Positions 1-9,021 of a stretch of DNA of 64,000 nt are shown here, in pieces. The stretch comes from a virus. Its lineage: Duplodnaviria > Caudoviricetes. The position numbers and the translations under genes are program-made. The stretch lies in the IMG/VR virus record IMGVR_UViG_3300032312_001958; one strand, 5' to 3'. How positions within the stretch are numbered: position 1 is the stretch's first letter; each line of letters begins with the position of its first letter. The notes beneath the pieces were generated by a model. It did no database searches. It worked only from the letters and a program-made list of their open reading frames with translations, and was not told the origin of the DNA.

Positions 1-85
1 CTCCACCTTCACTTTTTAACCAAAAATGAAGTAATTTAAATAATTTTTTATTTTCAGGATTTGATATAAATTCTTGTAAAGTCAT
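1..85 (-). CDS. Hypothetical protein, 5' part only (MTLQEFISNPENKKLFKLLHFWLKSEGG...), runs off the window
   Basis: Manual translation; ATG at 85 with TATTTAT 4 nt upstream. Confidence 0.7.
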   Translation of the reverse strand, partial: MTLQEFISNPENKKLFKLLHFWLKSEGG

Positions 86-96
86 ACTGATAAATA

Positions 97-450
97 TTAA
101 TCATTTATTTCTAATTCTAATGTTCTTAACATCCACATAGGTTTTTTTTCATTTTGAATTGCGTCAATCCATTCTTTTGCGGTTGGTATGTACCCATTAC
201 AATCTTCTTTAACATGTTGTTCTCCGACATACCTCGTATATACTACAATATCATCACTATTAATAAATGATGGACCAAACCTTTTCTCCATTTCAAATAT
301 ACCTTCCGAATGATGTCTAAACATTCTATGTGTAGAATGTCCGTACCAAGCCTTGGTTTCATCTAACCATTCATGTAAATGAATATAATCTTCCCATTTA
401 CCTCCAAATTTTTTTACTGAACTTTTTGCATGTAATATTGGATGTGCCAT
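97..450 (-). CDS. DUF6915-like His-rich phage protein
   Basis: MAHPxxHAKSSxKKFGG..EDY..H.W.D..HR..RHHS.GIF..GEQHVKED pattern. Confidence 0.75.
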   Translation of the reverse strand: MAHPILHAKSSVKKFGGKWEDYIHLHEWLDETKAWYGHSTHRMFRHHSEGIFEMEKRFGPSFINSDDIVVYTRYVGEQHVKEDCNGYIPTAKEWIDAIQNEKKPMWMLRTLELEIND

Positions 451-716
451 TATTTTTTAATTGATGTTGTTAATACGTAATCTGTGTCTAAACTTAAAAA
501 TTTCCAAGCATCTAAAATCAAAATTTCTAATGCTTCAGGAAATATCTCTATTGATAAATCATAGTCAGTAGGGATAAGTACTACTGACATATGAATTTTT
601 TTTAGTTGTGTTGAATATCCCATTGTATCAATAACAATAGTTGAACCTGTACCAAAAAAAGAATCAATATCTTTTTTATATAATTTATTTATTAATTTTT
701 CAAAGTATTGATTCAT
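450..716 (-). CDS. Hypothetical protein
   Basis: ORF track; ATG at 716 preferred because it avoids overlap with the divergent gene. Confidence 0.6.
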   Translation of the reverse strand: MNQYFEKLINKLYKKDIDSFFGTGSTIVIDTMGYSTQLKKIHMSVVLIPTDYDLSIEIFPEALEILILDAWKFLSLDTDYVLTTSIKK

Positions 717-731
717 TATATTTATAATAAT

Positions 732-1037
732 ATGACAAACGAACAAAAAGCTAAAGTTTATATTAAAGGATTACGTAAATTTTTAGATAAAATCCCAAAT
801 CTTATAGAGTATAAAATATTGGATGAAAATCAAATTTATGAGGCTATTGTTAATAATAAAGATAAGTGGTTTTGGAGGGTCGATATTGTTATAGAATACT
901 ATATTGAAATGGATAAAAAAGAAGATTCTAATTGGGTCGGAAATCTACACAAATATGTAAATTTACTTTCAAAAAGTTTAGAAATTGAAAATATAATTTT
1001 ACCTGATATTACTTTTAAGGCGAAAGTTAGGGAATAA
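732..1037 (+). CDS. Hypothetical protein
   Basis: ATG at 732 lies 6 nt after TATTTAT (719-725). Confidence 0.65.
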   Translation: MTNEQKAKVYIKGLRKFLDKIPNLIEYKILDENQIYEAIVNNKDKWFWRVDIVIEYYIEMDKKEDSNWVGNLHKYVNLLSKSLEIENIILPDITFKAKVRE

Positions 1038-1371
1038 TATAATACCTCAACTCCAAAGTATTTATTCTATCATTGTAAACAAGTTTAATAAAAGATTTTA
1101 TGTGAGTTCTTATTTCTTTATAATGTGACCCATCTAAATATTTTACAAAATACTCGGATAGGTACCCATCACTTGTTTGTATGATATCTAAAAGTGTTAA
1201 ATTAGAACCTGTCATTTTTAAAAATGTAGGTAATTTAATTTTTACTTCATAGATAACGTCTAATTTATCATCTTTTTTATCTACGGAAATCAAGTTTGCA
1301 TCCTCCAAAAAATCATAATTTTTTAGTAAAAACTTTTTTATAGTTTTTTGAAGAATATCAAACTTGTCCAT
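1027..1371 (-). CDS. Hypothetical protein
   Basis: 114-aa ORF, TATTTAT upstream on the minus strand. Confidence 0.6.
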   Translation of the reverse strand: MDKFDILQKTIKKFLLKNYDFLEDANLISVDKKDDKLDVIYEVKIKLPTFLKMTGSNLTLLDIIQTSDGYLSEYFVKYLDGSHYKEIRTHIKSFIKLVYNDRINTLELRYYIIP

Positions 1372-1400
1372 AGTGTTAATAATAATAAATAAAAAATTAT

Positions 1401-1541
1401 TTATCTACCTTGTCCTCGGTAAGCTTTTTTGTAATTTTTTGACCTTTTATTATTAGTCATTTTTTTAGAAAATCTACCAGATTTTTTCACACCGAAAGTA
1501 ACCTTACTTGATGTGCCCCCTTTTGATACTTTTGCTGCCAT
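1401..1541 (-). CDS. 46-aa very basic protein ending KNYKKAYRGQGR (absent from ORF track)
   Basis: Manual translation MAAKVSKGGTSSKVTFGVKKSGRFSKKMTNNKRSKNYKKAYRGQGR; YRGQG(K/R) end resembles small basic proteins of aquatic T4-like phages. Confidence 0.75.
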   Translation of the reverse strand: MAAKVSKGGTSSKVTFGVKKSGRFSKKMTNNKRSKNYKKAYRGQGR

Positions 1542-1642
1542 TATATATTATTTGCCAATAAGTATTTCATTATTTTATATTTTATGAATATTTATCTTAA
1601 AAGAACTTAGGTTCATAAATTTTAAACCCAAATTAATGGATA

Positions 1643-1846
1643 GTGATGACTTGGAGACAAATATTTCACAGAAATGTTGCAACATATTGTCTAATGGCTG
1701 GAATGTTTTTCAATCCTTTAGGATTCGACATCATTTTCAAAATGATTTTAGATGCCACGAATTCTTATTGGATTACCACAAGTATTTTTTATGGTATATC
1801 ACTATCATTTTTTGGATTATATTTTTTATTTCGTAAAAAACAATGA
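1643..1846 (+). CDS. Small membrane protein with two hydrophobic segments
   Basis: Two hydrophobic stretches, basic C-terminus, ATGA overlap with the next gene. Confidence 0.6.
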   Translation: MMTWRQIFHRNVATYCLMAGMFFNPLGFDIIFKMILDATNSYWITTSIFYGISLSFFGLYFLFRKKQ

Positions 1847-2421
1847 AAAATTCAATTAGTGACGTGACTCCACAAAAAATTTCTGAGGCATTAAATTACC
1901 ATTTAGATAATAATATCCCAATTACTGAAAATGTTTTTAGACCTCATTCTCAATCATTTTTTAATTTAATTAATGAAGTTAGAAGTTTATATATGAATGA
2001 CCAAATTTCTTTAGATGAAGAAGAAATTGAATTAATTGAGACTGAAATTGGTAACACAGCAATCTTACAAGATGGTACTAAAGTTTATTTGGATATTCCA
2101 TTATCTGAGGAGTTTTTAAATGAAGCGGAATATAATGGTAAAAAAGTTGAACTTGGGAAACCAAGAAGAAATACAGGTGGAGGTAAAAAATATGTTGTTT
2201 ACGTTAAAAATCCATCTACAGGAAGAGTTAAGAAAATATCTTTTGGTGACGTTCATGGGGGGTTAACTGCTAAAGTTTCTAATCCAAAAGCACGAAAGGC
2301 ATTTGCGTCAAGACATAATTGTAAGTCTAAAAAAGATAGAATGACTGCTGGTTATTGGGCGTGTCGTTTAAATAGATTCGGTCACTTGTGGGGTGGTAAA
2401 ACTTATCCGGGGTATTGGTAA
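1843..2421 (+). CDS. Conserved phage protein with an acidic N-half and a basic C-terminal module after FLNE
   Basis: KKYVVYVKNP..KKISFGD..ARKAFASRHNC..AGYWAC motif typical of T4-like aquatic phages. Confidence 0.75.
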   Translation: MKNSISDVTPQKISEALNYHLDNNIPITENVFRPHSQSFFNLINEVRSLYMNDQISLDEEEIELIETEIGNTAILQDGTKVYLDIPLSEEFLNEAEYNGKKVELGKPRRNTGGGKKYVVYVKNPSTGRVKKISFGDVHGGLTAKVSNPKARKAFASRHNCKSKKDRMTAGYWACRLNRFGHLWGGKTYPGYW

Positions 2422-2424
2422 TAT

Positions 2425-2697
2425 ATGAAACCTTATATTGATTCTGAGATTACTGAAAATTCTAAAATAAGAGTATTCAATTCTGAAGTTGATTCAGGTG
2501 AACTACATTGGCATAGAGACCGAGAAACACGATTAGTTGAGGTTATTGAGGGTGATGGATGGTTTTTACAATTAGATAACGAATTACCCGTTAAAATGGA
2601 GATAGGTGGTAAGTATCTTATTCCCGAAGGTATTTATCATAGGATAAAAAAGGGTAATGGTGATTTAAAAATAAGAATAATTTTTGATAATGAATGA
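2425..2697 (+). CDS. Cupin-fold protein
   Basis: WHRD.E...V.EG.GW and IPEGIYHRI cupin motifs. Confidence 0.75.
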   Translation: MKPYIDSEITENSKIRVFNSEVDSGELHWHRDRETRLVEVIEGDGWFLQLDNELPVKMEIGGKYLIPEGIYHRIKKGNGDLKIRIIFDNE

Positions 2698-4195
2698 TTA
2701 TAAAGACATATTAATAAAAACAAAACTTCTAATAGAATATGATAGAGGTAAAACTGTTTTAGAAAATAATGTGTTACTTGAACAACAACTTGAGTATGAT
2801 TCTTATTATAAAAAGGAATTTTTATCCAAAAGAATACAATCTTCCCTTTTTGACTCAGTCGGTGTCCCGTATGGGGCCAGACCTAATGAAAGTAGATTCC
2901 GTGTTCAAACTCAAAGTGAGTGGTATGCGGTTTTTGCTTTATGGTATAGTCAAGAAATAGAGTCATTGTTAGCGGCAAAATGGCAATACAAACCTGAGGG
3001 AGCATGTCCTAAAAATTTGAAAATGCCTAAAAAAGAACTTTGTAAAAGTAATATTAAGAAAAGATTAGAGTACAATAGTAAATCTTCTGCAGATTACAAC
3101 GTTCAAACCATCTGTTATGACGAGGAAATTTTTTATAGTAAACCTTTTGATAAGATTAATTATAATAATTTAACTGTTAGTGACGGAAGATTGAGTAGTT
3201 CAAGTATTAATAGATATAATGGACACATACCTAGTTATGCTGATGTAATTGCTTGTTATGGTCCAAACTTTATTGACACATTTAATTTAATTCAAAAAAG
3301 TAATTTGAGTTTATTTTACAATAGAAGTGCTAGAGGTATGAAACCAGGACAACAATCAGTCCAATTATCTGATATAACATATAAAGGATTTACCATGGAT
3401 GATTTACATAATCTATTGATGGTTTTAGAAATAGGGACTGCGTTCATTCCTGTTGCGGGTCCTGTTATATCAGCGGCTTTAGGAACTGTAGATGCCTCAT
3501 TATATTACGCCGAAGGGGATAAGGATATGGGAGTATTCATGTTGTTAGTAACTTTGGTACCTGAACTTAAAGTTGCAAGTAATATAACCAAAAGTGCTAA
3601 ATTAATGAAAGGGCAAAAGGAGATTGAAAAAAGAATATTACAAGGTAAAGGTTTAAAAAACCTCACACAATTTGAGCTTGAATTTATAGAAGGATTAAAA
3701 ACTCTTAATCCAAAACAATTAAATAAAGAATTAACCGAATCTATAGGTAGAAGAGCTGATAATATACTACAAACACAATCTAAAAATTTAACAGAACAAC
3801 AAAAAGCATATTTAAGACAATATTCTAAAATATATAATACTGAATATTTTGCTTTAGATATGTTAACTGCGGCAGTTGCCGCAACCCAAACGAAAATTGG
3901 GAAAGAATTACTAAATAGATTATCTAATTTATTTGTTAAAAACAATATTGAGTTAGATGAAAAAACTGCTCAAAAAATAATTAAATCTTTTGGTGAATTA
4001 GAACCAAAAAATCAGGAAACTTTAGTAACTGTTTTTGAAGAGAACAAAGAAGAATTTGTGGCATTTGCTAATAATCCTGAAGAGATAACTACCGCCCTGA
4101 AAGGACAAATAAAAACAAAATCAAAATCAAAACAATTTGCAACAAAGGATGAGATGAGTCAGATGCTCGAAGTCATACCTGACGATTTTGATTAA
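2690..4195 (+). CDS. Putative virion-internal protein with N-terminal tag and a hydrophobic pre-toxin-TG-like hairpin
   Basis: N-term LLIEYDRGKTVLEN; central LEIGTAFIPVAGPVISAALGTVDA..GD..GVFMLLVTLVP. Confidence 0.55.
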   Translation: MNDYKDILIKTKLLIEYDRGKTVLENNVLLEQQLEYDSYYKKEFLSKRIQSSLFDSVGVPYGARPNESRFRVQTQSEWYAVFALWYSQEIESLLAAKWQYKPEGACPKNLKMPKKELCKSNIKKRLEYNSKSSADYNVQTICYDEEIFYSKPFDKINYNNLTVSDGRLSSSSINRYNGHIPSYADVIACYGPNFIDTFNLIQKSNLSLFYNRSARGMKPGQQSVQLSDITYKGFTMDDLHNLLMVLEIGTAFIPVAGPVISAALGTVDASLYYAEGDKDMGVFMLLVTLVPELKVASNITKSAKLMKGQKEIEKRILQGKGLKNLTQFELEFIEGLKTLNPKQLNKELTESIGRRADNILQTQSKNLTEQQKAYLRQYSKIYNTEYFALDMLTAAVAATQTKIGKELLNRLSNLFVKNNIELDEKTAQKIIKSFGELEPKNQETLVTVFEENKEEFVAFANNPEEITTALKGQIKTKSKSKQFATKDEMSQMLEVIPDDFD

Positions 4196-4225
4196 TTTTA
4201 ATATTTATATAAAAATAACAACTTT

Positions 4226-5386
4226 ATGAAAAAATTTTTTATAACAGAGTCTGAAATAAAACATATTAAATCCTTATATATTACGGAAGATATTTTAAAT
4301 GAGGGAATACCTGGTCTTAGTTCGGCTGTTAAAGTGGGTATGAAACAAGGGTTAGGAGATGCATCCAAAGCCGAATTAAAGAAGATGATTCAAAAATCAT
4401 TTCCTAAAGAGAATGTAGATGATGTATATAAAAGATTTGAATCAGAATTTGTATCCTCTAAAAATCCGGATAAGGTGATTGAAAAATACTTTAAAGGAGC
4501 TCAAGACGACATGTTAGAAGATTTTTGTCAAATTTTGGCAAAAGAAAGTCCAAGTAAATTCTCAAGATATTCTTTAGATGTAATAAGTACTCCTGAAACC
4601 AGTCGTATTATACGATATGCAGTTGAAAATCCTGAAAAATATACTTTAGAACAATTAGAAAAAATTGATGGTGGTTATAGAGATATTTTAGAAACCTTAG
4701 ATGATACTGACCCATTTACTTTAGAAGTTAAAAATAACTTGGAAACACAATATGGGGATAAATTAAAACAAAACATCGAATCAAAAAAAGGAGCATCGTC
4801 ATCCTCCTCCTCCTCATCAAAATTGGATGAATTAGGAATCACGACTCAAATTCAAAATTATTTAAATCCTAATAGATTTGATGGTTTAAATAGACAAGCA
4901 TTTGATGCCCAATTTGTACTTACAAAAAATAATTTATCACGTACATCTGACATATTTTCAAACCAAACATTATTAAATGACTTGTTTGGTACCATTTTTT
5001 CAAAAAACGCAACTGCAGAACAAATCCAAGAGTTACTTAATGCTATGAGTATGAAAATAGCATTTAATAAAGAACAACAAGAAGTTTTTGGTAAATTATT
5101 AAATTATTTTTCAACAGGTAAAAACCCTTCATTTGGAAAATATCAAACCCCATGGTTAAATGACCTTGCGAATATGAGTTCAAGCGCTTGGAACGGTGCT
5201 AAACCTATTGTTGAACCTATAGCAGATAAATTAGTAAAGAAAGGTGTTAAAGCTTTAAAAGTTGCGGGAATTACTGTTGGGATTGTGGTTTTCTTAGTTA
5301 TTGTTTTACTATTTTCGGCAATTTCAGCGTTAAGAGGTGGGGGAAGTAAGAAAGAAAGAAAATATAATTCTAAGTACGAAGATTAA
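4226..5386 (+). CDS. Tagged helical protein with a C-terminal TM segment
   Basis: MKKFFITESEIKHIK..ILNE; C-term VAGITVGIVVFLVIVLLFSAISAL. Confidence 0.6.
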   Translation: MKKFFITESEIKHIKSLYITEDILNEGIPGLSSAVKVGMKQGLGDASKAELKKMIQKSFPKENVDDVYKRFESEFVSSKNPDKVIEKYFKGAQDDMLEDFCQILAKESPSKFSRYSLDVISTPETSRIIRYAVENPEKYTLEQLEKIDGGYRDILETLDDTDPFTLEVKNNLETQYGDKLKQNIESKKGASSSSSSSSKLDELGITTQIQNYLNPNRFDGLNRQAFDAQFVLTKNNLSRTSDIFSNQTLLNDLFGTIFSKNATAEQIQELLNAMSMKIAFNKEQQEVFGKLLNYFSTGKNPSFGKYQTPWLNDLANMSSSAWNGAKPIVEPIADKLVKKGVKALKVAGITVGIVVFLVIVLLFSAISALRGGGSKKERKYNSKYED

Positions 5387-6006
5387 TTAAATTTTTTTAA
5401 TATTTTTTCAAAAATATTTTTTAAAGTTTTAGAAGTAATTATTGTTAATCCCCAAGCGGAGACTCTCTTAGTTAGTTCTAAAATTTCATCATCAGTTATT
5501 GAGTGTGATGTTGAGATTTGTAATAATATAGGAATTATTGGAATTAAAAAAGAATACGCAATAATTCCTGACATTGTGTTAACAGTTATATTTAACCCAC
5601 TTAAAAAATTTAAAAAAGTATTTTTTAAATCTGAGGCCTTTTCTTTAACAATTAAAAAATTTTCATAAAGACCTTTTTCTTTTAATAAATTTTTAATTTT
5701 TTTAAAATTATCAGAATTTTGAAAAATTACTGAAAACACTACACCAATTAAAATTAAGGATTTGTCGGTTGAGGTTAACTCGGGCATTTGTCCGTCAATT
5801 AACTGACTTAAAGGAGTTAAAAACCCGCCAATTGCCGAACTCCATGTTAATAATAATTTAAAATCTAAACTTAAACTACCTTTAACTTCTGAGTATATTT
5901 TTTTTACTAAATTTTCGGAATTATTTTTTACATTTTCTAAATCATTAGAAACTGATTCAATAATCAATAATCGTCTTTGTGATTCACTTAATATTAATGT
6001 TGACAT
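5383..6006 (-). CDS. Tagged multi-helix membrane protein
   Basis: MSTLILSESQRRLLIIE; 3-4 hydrophobic segments. Confidence 0.6.
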   Translation of the reverse strand: MSTLILSESQRRLLIIESVSNDLENVKNNSENLVKKIYSEVKGSLSLDFKLLLTWSSAIGGFLTPLSQLIDGQMPELTSTDKSLILIGVVFSVIFQNSDNFKKIKNLLKEKGLYENFLIVKEKASDLKNTFLNFLSGLNITVNTMSGIIAYSFLIPIIPILLQISTSHSITDDEILELTKRVSAWGLTIITSKTLKNIFEKILKKFN

Positions 6007-6017
6007 ATTTATAAATA
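6006..6017. promoter_or_regulatory. Bidirectional putative late promoter, palindrome TATTTATAAATA
   Basis: Perfect palindrome between divergent ATGs at 6006 and 6019, only 12 nt apart. Confidence 0.7.
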
Positions 6018-6018
6018 T

Positions 6019-6600
6019 ATGAGTAAAAGAATTAAACCTGAATTGAAAATTGGTGACAGGATAGTTTGTCTAGAAATGGAGGATGAACCAAAATATTTTG
6101 GAGAAAGGGGTACAGTTACCAAAATTAATAAAGGACCCGGATTTCTTCAATATAATGTGGAATGGGATAATGGGGGTGGACTTTTTTTACTTGATACCGA
6201 TTCATGGATTTTAGAAAAAGATTTCAAAAAAAAATCAAAAATTAACGAAAATGATGACGTTAATAAACTTGCGGAAAATTCTAAAATATTGAAATATTTC
6301 AAAATGTTGGAAATAAAAAAATATTTGGATTTATTAAGAGAAACAGGTATTGTAAATATGTTTGGAGCATCACCATATCTTTATATTGGGGGTAATATTC
6401 TTAAAAAAGAACATTACGATGTTGAAGACGATAATTTTGAAGATTTGGTAGAACTGGCGGATAACACTAGAAACATAATCATTAGAGGTTCCATGAAAAT
6501 GTTAGAAGATGAGGGTAAAGAAATTACTCCTGAAAATGTTAACAAAGTTATTAGACGTTACTCCCCAAAAATTCTATCTTTTTGGATGACTCATTATTGA
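6019..6600 (+). CDS. Two-domain protein: SH3-like beta domain plus a DUF5049-like domain
   Basis: LKIGDRIV..GERGTV..YNVEWDNG; LRETGIVNMFGA; domains separated by KINE. Confidence 0.55.
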   Translation: MSKRIKPELKIGDRIVCLEMEDEPKYFGERGTVTKINKGPGFLQYNVEWDNGGGLFLLDTDSWILEKDFKKKSKINENDDVNKLAENSKILKYFKMLEIKKYLDLLRETGIVNMFGASPYLYIGGNILKKEHYDVEDDNFEDLVELADNTRNIIIRGSMKMLEDEGKEITPENVNKVIRRYSPKILSFWMTHY

Positions 6601-6836
6601 TGAGTTAAAAATATAGGATTTCTTTCACCAAAGTACCCACCAAGAATATTATAATAATAGTATTCGTAAGCCTCATCTTCAGTCATATCCTCCATCAGTT
6701 TTGTGATGATTTTATCTCGAGAATAAATAACTCTTGGTTCGTTACCAAATTCCTCAGTAATACCTACAATACAATCATCAAATCCATCTAATAAGATTGC
6801 ACCTTCGGCAAATTCATTAACATCGTGAATTATCAT
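6594..6836 (-). CDS. Conserved small acidic phage protein
   Basis: LLDGFDDCIVG..YS..KII..EA.EY..YNI.GGY.GE..PIF. Confidence 0.7.
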   Translation of the reverse strand: MIIHDVNEFAEGAILLDGFDDCIVGITEEFGNEPRVIYSRDKIITKLMEDMTEDEAYEYYYYNILGGYFGERNPIFLTHQ

Positions 6837-7330
6837 AATTCTGAAAAATTAATACCGTCACTATCTTTGTCACTCATTTTTAATTTAAAAGTAAAACCTG
6901 ATGTCATTTTTGTAATTAACTCTCTAACATCTTCAACACTATCCCATTTTATCGAAACTTCATGGTCTGAAGAGTATTCTTCATCGACTAAGTAATTTAC
7001 TATAGTTCCACTTTGTAAAGTTAAAAATCCGTGGGCGTATCCATGAGGTACATAAAGAACATCACCTTCATTCATTATAAAATCAAAAGTTTTACCAAAA
7101 TTTGGGTTTAACTTATCAATACAGACACAAAAATCTAAAATCCGTCCCTGAATGACAGTTAATTGTTTTGCTTGTGATTTTGGGTATTTTTGTAAATGTA
7201 ATCCTCTGAAAACAAAAATATCTTCATTAATACTAATGTTTGATTGAATCCATTTATTGGATAATTTAATTGGTGTGAAAGAACCTCTATGGTCTTTAAA
7301 TACTGGTTGTTTTTTTAATTCAGGAGTCAT
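6833..7330 (-). CDS. rmlC: dTDP-4-dehydrorhamnose 3,5-epimerase family protein
   Basis: F.DHRGSF, Q.N.S, RGLHLQ..QAK, LYVP.GYAHGFLTL; ATG 7330 follows a TAAATTTG promoter. Confidence 0.9.
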   Translation of the reverse strand: MTPELKKQPVFKDHRGSFTPIKLSNKWIQSNISINEDIFVFRGLHLQKYPKSQAKQLTVIQGRILDFCVCIDKLNPNFGKTFDFIMNEGDVLYVPHGYAHGFLTLQSGTIVNYLVDEEYSSDHEVSIKWDSVEDVRELITKMTSGFTFKLKMSDKDSDGINFSEL

Positions 7331-7335
7331 AATAT

Positions 7336-7367
7336 CAAATTTAATAATAATACTTTTTTTTGTCAAA
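7336..7367 (-). promoter_or_regulatory. Bacteroidota-type primary sigma promoter for rmlC
   Basis: TTTG-N20-TAAATTTG on the minus strand. Confidence 0.65.
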
Positions 7368-7402
7368 TGTATATGTCAATATATTTATTGTAAAATCAAA
7401 CT

Positions 7403-7837
7403 ATGAAAGCATATTTTTTAAACATATCTGAAGAAGAAAGAAAACAAATTACTGAAAGACATATTGGTCTATACGATGGTTACAGAACATTACAACCGAA
7501 AGGTAATATGACACCTTTAACTGTTGAGGATTTGGCTGGTGATAAAGATGGGGTAACTGTTTCAAATGAGGGAGAAGTTATGGAATACAGAAACAAGGAT
7601 ATAAATAAAAAAACTAAACAAGTTTGTGAATCTTGTGGTGGGTTATATGAAGGTAAAATGTGTGAACAATGTTCGACTATGAAAGAAGCTGAAGAATGTA
7701 ACGAATGTGGTGATAGTAATAAAGAATACACTATGGAAGAATTAGAGGAAAACGTTAAAGTTAAATCTAAAATTAATTTAATTTCTGAAGAAATTAATAA
7801 ATCAAAAGATTGGTTTAATCGATTAAAAAAATATTGA
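7403..7837 (+). CDS. Tagged protein with three CxxC motifs
   Basis: N-term FLNISEEERKQI, C-term ISEEINKSKDWFNRLKKY; CESC, CEQC, CNEC. Confidence 0.65.
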   Translation: MKAYFLNISEEERKQITERHIGLYDGYRTLQPKGNMTPLTVEDLAGDKDGVTVSNEGEVMEYRNKDINKKTKQVCESCGGLYEGKMCEQCSTMKEAEECNECGDSNKEYTMEELEENVKVKSKINLISEEINKSKDWFNRLKKY

Positions 7838-7838
7838 T

Positions 7839-8159
7839 ATGAACTTGGAATTGGTCGATTTCTACTATAATCAAAAAACTAATATGATTGAGGTCGATTT
7901 CAGAATAGATGACGATTCTGAAGACATGATTCGACACGAGGAATTTGATGTCGATGTTATATTAGAATCAGGATTTCAAATAGTTGATTTTGACGATTTA
8001 AGTGATTCATATTCATCTTATGATGATTTAGAAGATTTTATTTTTGAAAAAGAAGAATCTTCAATTGAACCAACACTCGATGAATATGAATTAAAAAATT
8101 TTCTTATTGAGTATTATTCAAACAATACTGGTAAATTACCTGACACTGAAATATTTTAG
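7839..8159 (+). CDS. Acidic hypothetical protein
   Basis: ORF track; coupled to the upstream gene. Confidence 0.65.
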   Translation: MNLELVDFYYNQKTNMIEVDFRIDDDSEDMIRHEEFDVDVILESGFQIVDFDDLSDSYSSYDDLEDFIFEKEESSIEPTLDEYELKNFLIEYYSNNTGKLPDTEIF

Positions 8160-8662
8160 GGTCCTACTCGTGTAAATTTAATTACAACTGATTCGTAAGG
8201 ACCTGATGACCCAAACGCCCATTGACCCGTACTTCTTAAAGTTAACGATTCTAATGTAACATCAACAATTTTAAATTTCTTAACTGTACCATCAATGTTA
8301 AAACTTAAAATTTCATCACCACCGACTGAAGTTACACGAGACAATACATATTGGTTTAACCAAATTGTTTGTCCAGTTGTAGTTCCAACAGGGTTAAATG
8401 ATATCATTGAATTAGAAATGTGCCATCTTGTAATACCAACTTCGATTGCGTCTAATGGTAATGTACCATTTGGATTTACATACAAATCACCAGTGTAAAA
8501 ATTTTCACCACTTTCATCAGATGATTGGTCTGAAGTCAACAAAGTTACTCTATCAATTACGTATTCTCCACTTATTGATGTGTATTGAGCATTCCATTCG
8601 TCAGTCTTATAACATGAAGTTAAACTGAAAATACAAAGTAAAAATACGATTAATTTGTTCAT
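8156..8662 (-). CDS. Lipoprotein, possibly a lipocalin-like beta-barrel
   Basis: MNKLIVFLLCIFSLTS-C lipobox; upstream TTTG-N18-TATATTTG (8678-8707). Confidence 0.7.
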   Translation of the reverse strand: MNKLIVFLLCIFSLTSCYKTDEWNAQYTSISGEYVIDRVTLLTSDQSSDESGENFYTGDLYVNPNGTLPLDAIEVGITRWHISNSMISFNPVGTTTGQTIWLNQYVLSRVTSVGGDEILSFNIDGTVKKFKIVDVTLESLTLRSTGQWAFGSSGPYESVVIKFTRVGP

Positions 8663-8724
8663 TGGATTATTTTTTTACAAATATACTACTTTTTTTCTAA
8701 TTACAAAAATATTTATAAAGTAAA

Positions 8725-9021
8725 ATGTTGTTTGACTTTGAAACATACATAAACTTATTAAAAAGTTTTGGTGAGGAAAAACTGACTGAGCAAGAATCAA
8801 CTCCCCCGCCTTCAGGTGGTGCATCAGGAGGAGGTTCTACACCTCCAGCGGCATACCCAACAGTTACTAAATGGGAGAGTGGTCTAACAAGAGGTAAAGC
8901 GAATCAAATTGCTAATACTAAATGGGAGAGTGGTCTAACAAGAGGTAAAGCAAATCCAGTTAATAATAAAGAAAAATGGACAACAGGAATTAAACGAGGA
9001 AAGGCAAATACGTTATTATGA
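8725..9021 (+). CDS. Small protein with three KW(ES/TT)G(L/I)xRGKAN repeats
   Basis: Translation; the first two copies are identical over 36 nt. Confidence 0.75.
   Translation: MLFDFETYINLLKSFGEEKLTEQESTPPPSGGASGGGSTPPAAYPTVTKWESGLTRGKANQIANTKWESGLTRGKANPVNNKEKWTTGIKRGKANTLL
8865..8951 (+). repeat. Exact 36-nt in-frame direct repeat (8865-8900, 8916-8951), with a degenerate third copy to ~9010
   Basis: tactaaatgggagagtggtctaacaagaggtaaagc occurs twice. Confidence 0.9.

Noticed and set aside
8865-8951. 36-nt exact direct repeat as a mini-CRISPR array
   Set aside because: Spacer is only 15 nt, the period is in frame (51 nt), it encodes a peptide repeat whose third copy is conserved only at protein level, and no cas genes are visible
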